Positions 10,368 through 20,951 of a stretch of DNA of 33,024 nucleotides are shown here, piece by piece. Every line of letters begins with the position of its first letter. Within the stretch, counting starts at the first letter, position 1. Where the stretch lies: positions 29,758,443 to 29,791,466 of the forward strand of contig NC_068982.1 in NCBI RefSeq assembly GCF_001194135.2, given 5' to 3'. The stretch comes from Octopus bimaculoides. Its lineage: Eukaryota. The translations under genes were made by a program, and so were the position numbers. The notes beneath the pieces were generated by a model, which had not been told where the DNA came from, did no database searches, and saw only the letters and a program-made list of their open reading frames with translations.

Positions 10368-11134
10368 ATCCCATATCATCTCTGATTGAGCAGACTTATA
10401 ATGAAAGACATTCCAACTGTGATCATCCTGTCGTTATGTGTATTAAGAACTACATCACCCAACATGTTCTTATCTTTAAGACAACTGAGCATGACTTGTG
10501 ATTTGGCTGCTATTTCTAGCAGGTAAGAAAACCAGGTCGATCCTTTATTGCTTCCTTATGGTAATATAATGAACGTTGAAGGCTGCTCTGGAATAAACGC
10601 TATTTAAAAAAATTCAGATAAATATTTGGATTGTTAGGGTTTTTTTTATCCCCAGATAAACAAAAATAAATAAAACACTGATTTATGATTTTTGAAGCAT
10701 GACCTATTTACTTTTGAGTAAAAACATTTGATGATCTGGATTGACATTCAATAATTATTGTCAGATCTCAATCAAATTGAAAACATACGGTCACATTTAA
10801 AGAGACAGCTATGTGAGAAATAAATAACTTCAAAAAGATTAATGAAGGATTGCAGTTAACAGATCCAGTGAGAAATTCCTGTAAAGATTCTTGAGTATTC
10901 TAATTAAATTCCCATCCCATCATTTGATTGAATTCATAAAAAAATAAAAGTAAACCAAACAATTAACACCAACTAATAATAAATAAAATTGCTAATTTTC
11001 ATTTTATTTTATTTTAATTTATTTCATTTTATTTATTGTTTGTAATGATTAAGATACAATCATTATTGACGTTTTGTGCTATTAAAAAAAAATTCTAGCA
11101 GTTATTAAACCAGGGTATACTCTGATACATATTT

Positions 11135-11520
11135 ACATTTTCTTCTTTCCCCTCTCTCTATTTCCACCTGGAGTAGCCAGATATCTCCTCTGTTGCAAAA
11201 CATGTTTCTATCCCTCTATCATATTCTAACTTATCATCTGACACAAAGCTACCTCTTTCCACTCTACTCATGACTCAATTGAGAGTTTTTGTCTTGCAAG
11301 GTGTTTGGTAACCCCACTGGTGGTGGTGCTGGTGCTATTTAAAAACACCCAGTACACTCTGTGAAGCTGTTGGCATTAGGAAGGGCATCCAGCCATAGAA
11401 ATCCCACCAAAGTACTCAGGAGAGCATGGCAGCCTTCCAGCTTGCTCCTGTTAAATCATCCAAACCATGGAAAGTGGACTTTAAATGATGATAATGATGA
11501 TGATAATGATGATGATGATG
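11135..11520 (+). mobile_element. Family C retroposon 3' end (subfamily shared with 13515)
   Basis: TTCCACCTGGAGTAGCCA...GTCTTGCAAG...TTGGTAACC...TTGGCATTAGGAAGGGCATCCAGCC...TAAATGATGATAATGATG. Confidence 0.78.
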
Positions 11521-12089
11521 TATATGTATGTTTAATATAAAAAGCGAGAGAGGGAGTGTATGTGTGTGTGTGTGTGTGTGAGAGAGAGAAAGAGGGAGTT
11601 ATATGTGTAAATATGCATGTAGAATATCTCTTTCTATTAATGAGAATAAAATAGCATTTTTTCAGACTTAAATTTAGCAGAAACATGCCATCAGATGTCA
11701 GATAACTTTTATGTCTATATAGGGTAGTAGCTTTGTTATTTCAGAAAATCCTTGTTTCAAATTTTTTTAACAACTACCAGTTTTCAGCTACTTACATAAA
11801 CACACACACACATATATATATACATATATGTGTATACATGTAAATACACACGCACATGTTTACACATTGATAGAAACATATACTTTACTGCACATAGTCA
11901 TTTTATGAGCATTCATTGAATGGAAAGTAACAACAAACAGCAAGATATGAAAAGAAAAAAAAAAATAAAGAATAGACTGTTGGTTGTCTTCATTCTTCTT
12001 TTCATTTCACAGAATATACTTTCAGAAAAGGAAAAAAAAAATTCTTTCAGGATCAATATTCTCTTTCATCCATTTCATTCTTTCATACA

Positions 12090-12385
12090 AAGACACATTT
12101 TTTATCTCTTTTTGTCCTTGCTTTTTACATCTCCATCACTTTCTTTATTTCTCTCTTTCTTTTTCTCTGTCTCTCTTTCCTCTCTTTCTTTCTTCCTTTC
12201 TTTCTTTTTTCCCCCTTTCTTTCTCTTTTTCTTTCTCTCAATACTGTCTATATATATCTCTATTTTTCTCTCTTTCTTTCTCTTTCTCACTATCTTTCTC
12301 TTGTTCTGTCTCTCTCTTTCTCTCTCATTCTTCCTCTCTCTCTCTCTCTCTCTCTCCCCCTCCTTCTTTTCTCTTTCATTTATTC
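12090..12385. repeat. CT-rich low-complexity tract
   Basis: Read directly; source of the F/S/L-rich and K/R/E-rich ORFs. Confidence 0.9.
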
Positions 12386-13045
12386 ATTTAATTGATACCA
12401 TTTTCATGGCTAACGTCAAAATAATATTCTGTTTCTTGTTGATTGTTTAAGATCATACAGAAGCATACAAAACAACCATAAAATAGCACACATTGCACAT
12501 ACCATCATAACACGCTCAATTCCGACCCCAAATCAACATTTTACCTTGTTATACCTACATGCATGTACACACCTTCAATCACACACACACACACATTCAC
12601 AAACTGTGGGCCATGGAATACTCTGAATAGCACACCTAAAGAGAAAAATTACCTTAGACTCCTTTTAGTAGTGCAGCCTGGCTGAGGGTGAGCCATGTGC
12701 CATGTGGCCCACTTTCTGATAAAGGTTCCACATGCTTCATGAAAATACATGGTCATCACCACTGCCCTGCAAGAATTCTCATTGCCTTCCTCATTTTCTT
12801 GTATTTTTCTTTTGTTTTATGATGTGTGCACGTATGCGTGAAGTACCCCCAACACACACGATCCCACAATCACACTCATACAACCACACACAGATAAACA
12901 CACACACACTCTCTCTCTCTCTCTGTCATATACACACACAAACACTCTCTCTGTCATACACACACACACACACACTAACATATTATGAAAGAACATCACC
13001 ACTATCCTACAACAAAACTTTCTCATCTTTTTTTGAACATATTCC

Positions 13046-13046
<1 letters not shown>

Positions 13047-13085
<39 letters not shown>

Positions 13086-13137
13086 AAGTGTCTCTATGTA
13101 CCTATAGTGAAGTCATTCCAACACACACACACATGCG

Positions 13138-13170
<33 letters not shown>
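13047..13170. repeat. (TG)n and (CA)n microsatellites in inverted orientation
   Basis: (TG)n at 13047-13083 and (CA)n at ~13120-13170. Confidence 0.95.
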
Positions 13171-13171
<1 letters not shown>

Positions 13172-13461
13172 TTCCATTTGGCTTAGTTTGTCTGTTTCAG
13201 GGAGATATCATGGACCGGTTGACCTGATATGCTTTGGTCTTAGAAACTAGAGAAATTCTCCTTCAATTAAAATTGGTAAACTACGAAAAATCACGTAAAA
13301 TAAAATAAAGAAAATAATTTTTCTAATTTCCTGTTTTACCTTCCTTTTTTTTTTCTTACTTATTTAAGATTTCATTTATTACATCTTTATTGAGCTCTCT
13401 CACTAAATGTTTTGTACATAAATGTTTCTATGATATAATTGTGAAATATTTATCTATGCAA

Positions 13462-13498
<37 letters not shown>

Positions 13499-13514
13499 TC
13501 TCTCTTTCTCTCCT

Positions 13515-13860
13515 TTCTCGCTTCTCTTTTCACCTGGGGTAGCCATGTATCTCCTCTCCTCTTAATCAACACACCTACCTCTCCTCCTATATCATTCTCT
13601 AACCTTTCATTACCTGGCACCAAAACCATCTCTCTCAAATTACTTCCCACTCAGTCGAGGGGTTATGTCTTGCAAGTTGCTTGGTAACCTCACTGGTGCT
13701 GGTGCCAGGTAAAAGATGCTCACTCTGCTCTGTGAAGTGGTTGGCATTAGTGGGGAGGGCAACCAGCTGTACAAACCATACCAAAGCAGATAGTAGAGTT
13801 TGGCACCAGTCGTCTGGTGTGCCTACTCCTGTCAACCTAGCAAATGATGATGATGATGAA
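13515..13860 (+). mobile_element. Family C retroposon 3' end
   Basis: TTCACCTGGGGTAGCCA...GTCTTGCAAGTTGCTTGGTAACCTCACTGGTGCTGGTGCC...GGTTGGCATTAG...AAATGATGATGATG. Confidence 0.78.
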
Positions 13861-14088
13861 CTGATTATATTTGGTACTGTCTTTGTGCACTTGAGAAATG
13901 GGAGCCATGTTAACTCATTTTTGACAGTAGAATACGTTCCTGAATTTTCTGTTTCGTATGATGTAGCTTTAACACATGATATAATTTTAACAAATTAAAT
14001 CAGCATCTGCAAACATTTTAACATCGCAGTGAGGGTTAAGTTAGTGTTTGAAACAAAATGACATGAATTTTAATGGAAGATTTTAATT

Positions 14089-14320
14089 TATTGGGTTGTC
14101 CAGAAAGTTCATGCCGATTTTTAAAGGAAAGAAAAAGGTCAATAAATACTTGCCATTACATTTTTAATCAACCAAATATGAACCATTTTGTTGCACAATG
14201 CGTCTCTATTTTTCCTTTAACTTGAAAATACACTCTTCCTGGAATTGAGGTGGTTTCATGGCAAATAAGTCTAAAGGTAAACTACTATAAATCAGCATGA
14301 ACTTTCTGGACGACCCAATA
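14089..14320 (-). mobile_element. Mariner-derived MITE (232 bp)
   Basis: TIRs TATTGGGTTGTCCAGAAAGTTCATGCCGATTT / AAATCAGCATGAACTTTCTGGACGACCCAATA with TA ends; minus interior reads ...IFKLKEK*RRIVQQNGSYLVD* (mariner C-terminus). Confidence 0.88.
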
Positions 14321-14602
14321 GATTACTTTAAAAGAGAAAGTTTGTGTCATAGAATGAGGGTTTGTCACAGGTGAGTTGGTCTCAAAATGGTTGAGAGACT
14401 ACTCATTTGCAAGCATTAGAGAGACATTTCTGCTCTAAGGATAACATTCACTCCTCCTCCCACCAATTATGAAAGCCCTATAAAAAATCAATAACACTGC
14501 CCTTATTTTCTTAACAAAAATCTAAACAAATACATGAACCACATAAAGGAAATTCGCATATACAACATGTAAATGTTAATCTGTATATTTTGTATGTATA
14601 GT

Positions 14603-14798
14603 AGGATCGCAAGTTGGTAGAATGTGTAGTGGCATTTCGTCCACCTTTACATTCTGGTTCAAATTCTGCTGGAGTTCATTTTGCCTGTCATCCTTTCAGG
14701 GTCAATAAATAAGTACCAGTTGAACACTGGAGTTGATGTAATCAACTTAACCTCTCCTTCAAAATTGCTGGCCTTGTGCAAAATTTTGAAACAGTATA
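14603..14798 (+). mobile_element. SINE family B copy
   Basis: CTGGTTCAAATTCTGC...TTTTGCCTGTCATCCTTTCAGGGTCAATAAATAAGTACCAG...GCTGGCCTTGTGC. Confidence 0.8.
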
Positions 14799-14802
14799 CA
14801 TG

Positions 14803-15680
14803 TACATGGTCTGATCAATAAGTATCCGGACTGTTGCCATAGTAACGAAGCTAAAGCATGCAGAGTGAAGCCGCTTGGTACAGATTGATCTTGAACTCTG
14901 CTGTGCATGCGCACTAAGTTTTAATGTTCTAGCTCACTTCCACTGTTTACAGCAGTGCTTGGAAGGAAGGTGTGTAGCATGTGATCATCGCATTGACCAT
15001 GACAGAGAAAGTTAAGCAGAGAATCTGCATCGAATTTTACTAAAAGCTCGGTGATTCCTGCTCAGAAGCCTACACAAAGCTTTCTAAAGTTTTTCATCGT
15101 TCTCAACACAATCAAGATCTTGTGCAACTGAAACCCGAGTGTCTTTTTGATCAGCTAAAAGTAGTTTTGATGCATCTCACACAGAAATCTTCAGTGATAA
15201 TGGACTGAACGGAACCGTTACTAATCTGCATATCTGATAATTCATGGATGGTGATTTGGCAATTTCCCCTCAAAGCTGCACAAACATCTGCAATGTTTTG
15301 TCCTCAGTTCTGCTGGTTGTGGGTCTCCCAGAGCATTTGTCTATATCTACATTTTTTTGGCCATCTTGGAAATGTCTGAACCACCCATACACTTGTGTGC
15401 AGCTCATACACTCCTCTCCATACACTTTCTGCAACTTTGCGTAGGCCTCTGAGCAGGTATTGCCATGACAACTTTCTCTGTAATAGTCAATGTGATGATC
15501 ACATGTTACACATCTTCCTTCCAAGCATTGCTGTAAACAGCAGAAGTGAGCTAGGATGTTAAAACTTAGTGCACATGCGCAACAAAGTTCAAGGTCAATC
15601 TTTACCAAGTGGCTTTGCTCTGCATACTTTAGCTTCGTTACTCTGGCAACAATCCGGATACTTATTGATCAAACCTTGTA
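14803..15680. mobile_element. Mariner derivative built from two 5' ends (878 bp; arms 14803-15088 / 15430-15680)
   Basis: TA-flanked TIRs TACATGGTCTGATCAATAAGTATCCGGA / TCCGGATACTTATTGATCAAACCTTGTA. Both arms carry the 5' UTR and transposase start (MTEKVKQRICIEF...CSEAYTKL on +; CSEAYAKLQKVYGEECMSCTQVYGWFRHFQDG...SGRPTTS on -). Minus remnant continues to ...LLADQKDTRVSVAQDL. Confidence 0.9.
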
Positions 15681-15697
15681 TAGTCTTTTATACTAGT

Positions 15698-16450
15698 GAA
15701 GGCATGTAGTCTGGTGGTTAGGGTATTCAGCTGACGATTGTAAGGTCGTGAGTTTGATTCCTAGTAGTGCGTTGTAGCGTTAAGAAAGACACTTTATTTC
15801 ATGTTGCTCCACTCAACTCAGCTGACAAAAATGAGTAGTACCTCTGTTTCAAAGGATCAGACTTGTCATATTCTGTGTTATGCTGAAGGCGGTGAACAGG
15901 CAGAAATGTTAGCACACCGGGTGAAATGCCTATTGGTATTTCATCTGTCTTTACATTCTGAGTTCAAATTCCGCTGAAGTTGACTTTGCCTTTCACCCTT
16001 TCGAGGTCAATTAAATAAGTACCAGTTACGCACTGGGGTCGATGTAATCGACTTAATCCCTTTGTCTGTCCTTATTTGTACCCTCTGTGTTTAGCTCCCT
16101 TGTGGGCAATAAAGAAATAAATATTTAGAAACAAGGAAGGCAGCGAGCTGGCAGAAATTCTGAGTTCAAATTTCACTGAGGTCGACTTTGCCTTTCATCC
16201 TTACAGGATTGATAAATTAATTACCAGTTGCGTACTGGGGTCGATCTAATTGACTGACCCCTTCCCAAAAAATTTCGAGCCTTGTGCCTAGAGTAGAAAA
16301 GATTCTGTGTCATGCTGAATCTCCCTGAGAATTACATTAGGGGTACATGTGTCTGTGGAGCGCTCAGCCACTTGCATGTTAATTTCATGAACAGGCTGTT
16401 CTATTGACTGGATCAGCTGCAACCCTTGTCACCGTAACCGACAGAATGCC
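15698..16450 (+). mobile_element. tRNA-derived SINE family G, split by a SINE B dimer
   Basis: A-box-like TGGTGGTTAGG, B-box-like GAGTTTGATTCC, CORE-like AAGACACTTTATTTCATGTTGCTCCA...CAGCTG...AAATGAGT; sequence resumes after an 18-bp direct repeat. Confidence 0.7.
15888..16301 (+). mobile_element. Two head-to-tail SINE B copies (different tail subtypes) flanked by an 18-bp TSD
   Basis: ATTCTGTGTTATGCTGAA (15870-15887) and ATTCTGTGTCATGCTGAA (16302-16319) flank both copies; the second copy has an internal deletion. Confidence 0.88.
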
Positions 16451-16464
16451 TGTCTTTTCTCTGT

Positions 16465-16540
16465 AAGTCTAACCCATGCCAGCATGAAAGATGGACGTTA
16501 AATGACGATGATGTCGATGATGATGATGATGATGATAATA
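16465..16540 (+). mobile_element. Family C extreme 3' tip
   Basis: CTAACCCATGCCAGCATGAAAGATGGACGTTAAATGACGATGATG. Confidence 0.7.
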
Positions 16541-16614
16541 TGTAGATGTTAGGTCATTATGCTAAGAGCTATGTCTATATGCATGTGTATACAGACTATG
16601 CATATCAGTATGAG

Positions 16615-16616
<2 letters not shown>

Positions 16617-16674
<58 letters not shown>

Positions 16675-16751
16675 ATGAAATGGCTGGTTCTTATAATCTG
16701 AATTGCTTTCACAGCAAGTAGAAGTCAACATTTTGAAAATTTTTTTGTCGG

Positions 16752-16803
<52 letters not shown>

Positions 16804-17043
16804 GACATCAAAATCATCATCATCATCATCATCATCATAGGTATGTACATACATACATACATACAAACAATTATCATTCTCATCCTCATTGACGTAATCG
16901 TCCATACCACCATCATCGTCGTCATTATCATCATCATCATCATCATCATCGTCATCGTCGTCGTCATCATTACTGTCATCTTCTTTACCACCATCACCAT
17001 TAACATAGTCATCATCTCGCTCTCTCAGCAACATCATTGTCAA

Positions 17044-17101
<58 letters not shown>

Positions 17102-17330
17102 TTTGAGATCATGATAACTATTTTCTCCTTTTGAAAGAACGATTGCTACATAATGACAACAACAAAAACAAAAATACAAAGGAAATACCTTGGAGATATA
17201 AGTATGTCGTGATTGGGTGTACATGTGTGTATACACGATTATGTTGTGATTGTATGTGTGTGTGTGTGTGTGTGTGTATGACTGTGTGTGTGTGTGTGTG
17301 TGTATGACTCTGTGTGTGCGTGTGTGTCAT
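16617..17330. repeat. Microsatellite cluster: (TG)n, long interrupted (CAT)n, (TG)n
   Basis: Read directly; explains the poly-M, poly-D and poly-H ORFs. Confidence 0.96.
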
Positions 17331-17578
17331 TGTGTATGAGATTGTTGGCCTCTTTATTCATTTTTTATTAACAATACTACGTCTAGACAGAAACATATCG
17401 TAAGCATTTCCCGTTCAATAATGTATGTGTTTATATAAAACGACAATTTTGTGTTGGTAAGAACATGTAAAAAAAGTTCTACAAATGCATCTGCTTTCTC
17501 TATGTTCTTTTATAAATGTCTTTGATTTACTTACAAATAAATATATATATATGTATCCGCAGATGCACACACGCACAT

Positions 17579-17745
17579 AAGCATAGGTATGGCTCTGTGG
17601 TTAAAAGGTCTGCATTCCAAGCAAATGGTTTTGAGTTCAGTCCCACTGTGTGGTACCCTGGGCAAATTTTTTTCTATAGCCTTGTGATGACCTTGTAAGT
17701 GTATCTGGCATTTGATTGGCCAAAATTATAAGAACCCTTTGTATA
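17579..17745 (+). mobile_element. Diverged SINE A head
   Basis: GGTATGGCTCTGTGGTTAA...GAGTTCAGTCCCACTGTGTGGTACCCTGGGCAA; ends in a TA run where the next element sits. Confidence 0.7.
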
Positions 17746-17747
17746 TA

Positions 17748-18605
17748 CAGGGTATCCCAAAAGTCACTGATGGGGTTTTAATAACGTCCTTAACTTTACA
17801 AAGAAATGTATGAAATTTTGATACAATATAAAGGACATAATGGAAATTAATATGCACAAGTCAAATTTTGAAACACCATTACATCACATATGAAAAATGG
17901 CATTACTTAAATGGCAACCATTTTCGGCTTCACACCCCTGTGCTCTTACCAAAACTTGCACCATAACACCCTCAAGAGTTTCAGACCCCATTTCTCTGAT
18001 TTCTCTATTGATGTTCTCCTTCAGTTGTGCCAGTGTCTCCGGTTTGTTGACAAAAACCCTCTCTTTCAGGTATACCCACAAGAAAAAAATCCAGGCTAGT
18101 CAAGTCTGGGGAACATGAAGGCCAGTTGACATTACCATATTGGGAGAGTATTCTCTCTCCAAAGCACTGCCGTAGCAACTGCATTGTTTCTCTTGTGGTA
18201 CAAGCAGTTGCCCCATCTTGCTGGAACAATGTGTGAGGTCCACTTTGAATGGCTCGAATTTTTTCTTGAGGGGATACCCGAAAGAGAAGGTTTACATCAA
18301 CAAACTGGAGACCCTGGTGCCACTGAAGGAGAACATCAATAGAGAAATCAGAGAAGTGGGGTCTGAGACTCTCGAGGGTGTTATGGTGCAAGTTTTGGAA
18401 AGAGCACCGTCATGCAAAGCCGAAAATGGCTGCCATTTAAGCGATATCATTTTTCATATGTGGTGTAAGGGTGTTGCAAAATTTGACTTGTGCATATTAA
18501 TTTCCATTATGTCCTTTATATTGTATCAAAATTTCATGCATTTATTTGTAAAGTTAAGGAAATTATTAAAAATTGAAACCCATCAGTGACTTTTGGGACA
18601 CCCTG
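17748..18605. mobile_element. Tc1/mariner-superfamily (ITm, maT/rosa-like) derivative built from two 3' ends (858 bp; arms 17748-18090 / 18258-18605)
   Basis: TIRs CAGGGTATCCCAAAAGTCACTGATGGG / CCCATCAGTGACTTTTGGGACACCCTG. Both arms encode the same C-terminus (YLKERVFVNKPETLAQLKENINREIRE...GCHL..IFHM). Minus strand extends through FQQDGATA...WPSCSPDLTSLDFFL. Confidence 0.92.
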
Positions 18606-18619
18606 TTAATTCATATATA

Positions 18620-18625
18620 TATACC

Positions 18626-18700
<75 letters not shown>
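18620..18700. repeat. (CA)n microsatellite
   Basis: Read directly. Confidence 0.97.
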
Positions 18701-18703
<3 letters not shown>

Positions 18704-18708
18704 TAGGT

Positions 18709-18993
18709 GAAGGTGCATGGCTGAGTGGTTAGAGTGTCAGGTTTATAATTGTGATGTTTTGAGCTCAATTCCTGGACCAAGCTGTGTATTGTGCTCCAGT
18801 TTACTCAGCTGTAGAAATGAGTTGAAATGTCACATGTGTCAAGCTATATCAGCCTTTGCCTTTCCCTTGAACAACATCAGTAGTATAGAGATGGAAGGCT
18901 GGTATGCATGGGTGACTGCTGGTCTTCTATAAACAACCTTGCTCGGACTTGTGCCTCAGAGGGGAACTTTTTAGGTGCAGTCCCATAGTCATC
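18709..18993 (+). mobile_element. tRNA-derived SINE family H
   Basis: GAAGGTGCATGGCTGAGTGGTTAGAG (A-box), GAGCTCAATTCC (B-box), TGCTCCAGTTTACTCAGCTGTAGAAATGAGT block shared with family G. Confidence 0.72.
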
Positions 18994-19195
18994 AGCCCCA
19001 ATTTCTGGTCTCTTAATTCCCGCAATTGTAATCCCATGGTCGAGAAAGACACCAACCGCTTAGCCTGCAGCAACCAAGGCTAAGCTGGTGGTCAAAATTA
19101 AGGAGGTTTATGTAGATCTTCCCAGGGACGCAGTGAGGAATAGATGCACCAGACTCTGGAGCCATCTTGAGGTCATACTGGAAGCTGACTGCTAC

Positions 19196-19406
19196 TATGA
19201 GGGAGTGCTTAAAAGTGCCTGGTTTTAAGGGTATTGTGAAATGCCTGGTTGGAACCCAAACCTTTTACAGAGCTTAGAAAAACTGAAGGACTGCTGCAAT
19301 AAGATTGTGAATCTGAGAGAGGAATACATTGAATAAAATTATAATTAACTGGTCCACCTGCATTTTCTTTTATGCAAAACCAGGAACTTTTCATCACATC
19401 CTTGTA
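19196..19406 (+). mobile_element. Mariner-derived MITE, copy 2 of 3
   Basis: TATGAGGGAGTGCTTAAAAGTGCCTGGTTTT / AAAACCAGGAACTTTTCATCACATCCTTGTA; homologous to 4162-4373. Confidence 0.85.
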
Positions 19407-19460
19407 CTTTGAACAAACTGTCATATCCTAGCCATAATCTAGCTGATATCTTTTGACTTT

Positions 19461-19688
19461 TTAACCCTTTCATTACCAACCCGGCTGAAACCAGCTCTGG
19501 CTCTGAGTACAAATGTCTTGTTTTCATAAGTTTTGAATTAAAATCTTCCTCCAAACCTTAGTCACAATTTATGTTCCTAACACTAACTGAATGATAACCA
19601 AGTTATTTTACTAATTTCTTTGTTATAATTAAGGTAATTGAAAGAAACACAGAGCATCTCAAAATAAATACAGTAATGAAAGGGTTAA
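19461..19688. mobile_element. piggyBac-like MITE family E
   Basis: Perfect 16-bp inverted ends including TTAA: TTAACCCTTTCATTAC / GTAATGAAAGGGTTAA. TTAA target plus CCC terminus is the established piggyBac signature. Confidence 0.82.
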
Positions 19689-20447
19689 AACACTTTTATT
19701 TTGAATGGAATATTGTTTTCTTTTCGTTTTATGCAAACTGTCAAATTTAAACTGAACACCTTGTACATATATNNNNNNNNNNNNNNNNNNNNNNNNNNNN
19801 NNNNNNNNNNNNNNNNNNNNNNNNNNNNNNNNNNNNNNNNNNNNNNNNNNNNNNNNNNNNNNNNNNNNNNNNNNNNNNNNNNNNNNNNNNNNNNNNNNNN
19901 NNNNNNNNNNNNNNNNNNNNNNNNNNNNNNNNNNNNNNNNNNNNNNNNNNNNNNNNNNNNNNNNNNNNNNNNNNNNNNNNNNNNNNNNNNNNNNNNNNNN
20001 NNNNNNNNNNNNNNNNNNNNNNNNNNNNNNNNNNNNNNNNNNNNNNNNNNNNNNNNNNNNNNNNNNNNNNNNNNNNNNNNNNNNNNNNNNNNNNNNNNNN
20101 NNNNNNNNNNNNNNNNNNNNNNNNNNNNNNNNNNNNNNNNNNNNNNNNNNNNNNNNNNNNNNNNNNNNNNNNNNNNNNNNNNNNNNNNNNNNNNNNNNNN
20201 NNNNNNNNNNNGTTTGGCATGCTACTGATTCTGTTAGCTTGCTGCCTGTTAGTTGATATAATCATTAGAAAGTATGCACCTAATGTGCAATTTCAAGTGC
20301 ATTGGTATTTGGCAAAAAAAATCAATGATTTTTAGGCATAAGTTACCCTACTTTTCCAGATTCAGTCTGTTTCTTTCGCTTCCTTAAAACTGTACTTACT
20401 TAGCTACAAGCAAGTTCCATGAGGTATGAATTTGGATTTTTATCCTA

Positions 20448-20622
20448 TACTTGTTTCAGTCATTTGACTGTGGTCATACTGGAGCACTGCCTTTAGTTGA
20501 ACAAATCAGCCCCGGGACTTATTCCTTGTAAGCCTAGTACTTATTCTATCGGTCTCTTTTGCTGCACTGCTAAGTTATGGGGATGTAAACACACCAACGC
20601 ACACACACACGTGTACACACAT

Positions 20623-20655
<33 letters not shown>

Positions 20656-20767
20656 ACAAGCTTCTTTCAGTTTCCATCTATCAAATCCACTCATAAGGCT
20701 TTGGTTGGCCCAAGGCTGTAGGTTCCATGAAGTAGGACTTATAGCCTCGAAACACACACACACACGT

Positions 20768-20809
<42 letters not shown>

Positions 20810-20951
20810 GAAAAGCTTCTTTCAGTTTCCATCTATCGAATCCACTCACAAGGCTTTAGCTGGCCCAAGCCAAGGTACCATGCAGTGGGACTGAACCCAG
20901 AACCATGTGGTTGGGAAGCAAGCATCATACCACACAGCCACTCCTGCACCT
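20448..20951 (-). mobile_element. SINE family A with internal duplication of the (CA)n + head-proximal block
   Basis: AAGCTTCTTTCAGTTTCCATCTATC-AATCCACTCA-AAGGCTTT occurs at ~20658 and ~20813, each preceded by (CA)n. Confidence 0.85.

Larger units (their letters stand above)
18994..19763 (+). mobile_element. Second Tc1-like (ITm) remnant: transposase C-terminus + 3' end, hosting two MITEs
   Basis: SPNFWSLNSRNCNPM...VEKDTNR...KAKLVVKIKEVYVDLPRDAVRNRCTRLWSHLEVILEADCY|YFE (rejoins across the MITE TA duplication); ends in TIR-like ACTGAACACCTTG-TA. Confidence 0.72.

Noticed and set aside
11920-13250. 172-176 aa ORFs resembling membrane proteins
   Set aside because: CT-rich and CA/TG low-complexity sequence; no domain motifs.
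13201-13275. AG...GT-bounded 75-bp candidate exon (similar case at 20359-20423)
   Set aside because: Stops in all three frames; cannot be supported as coding.
16549-17330. Long M/D/H-rich ORFs (up to 187 aa)
   Set aside because: (CAT)n and (TG)n microsatellites stay open in several frames.
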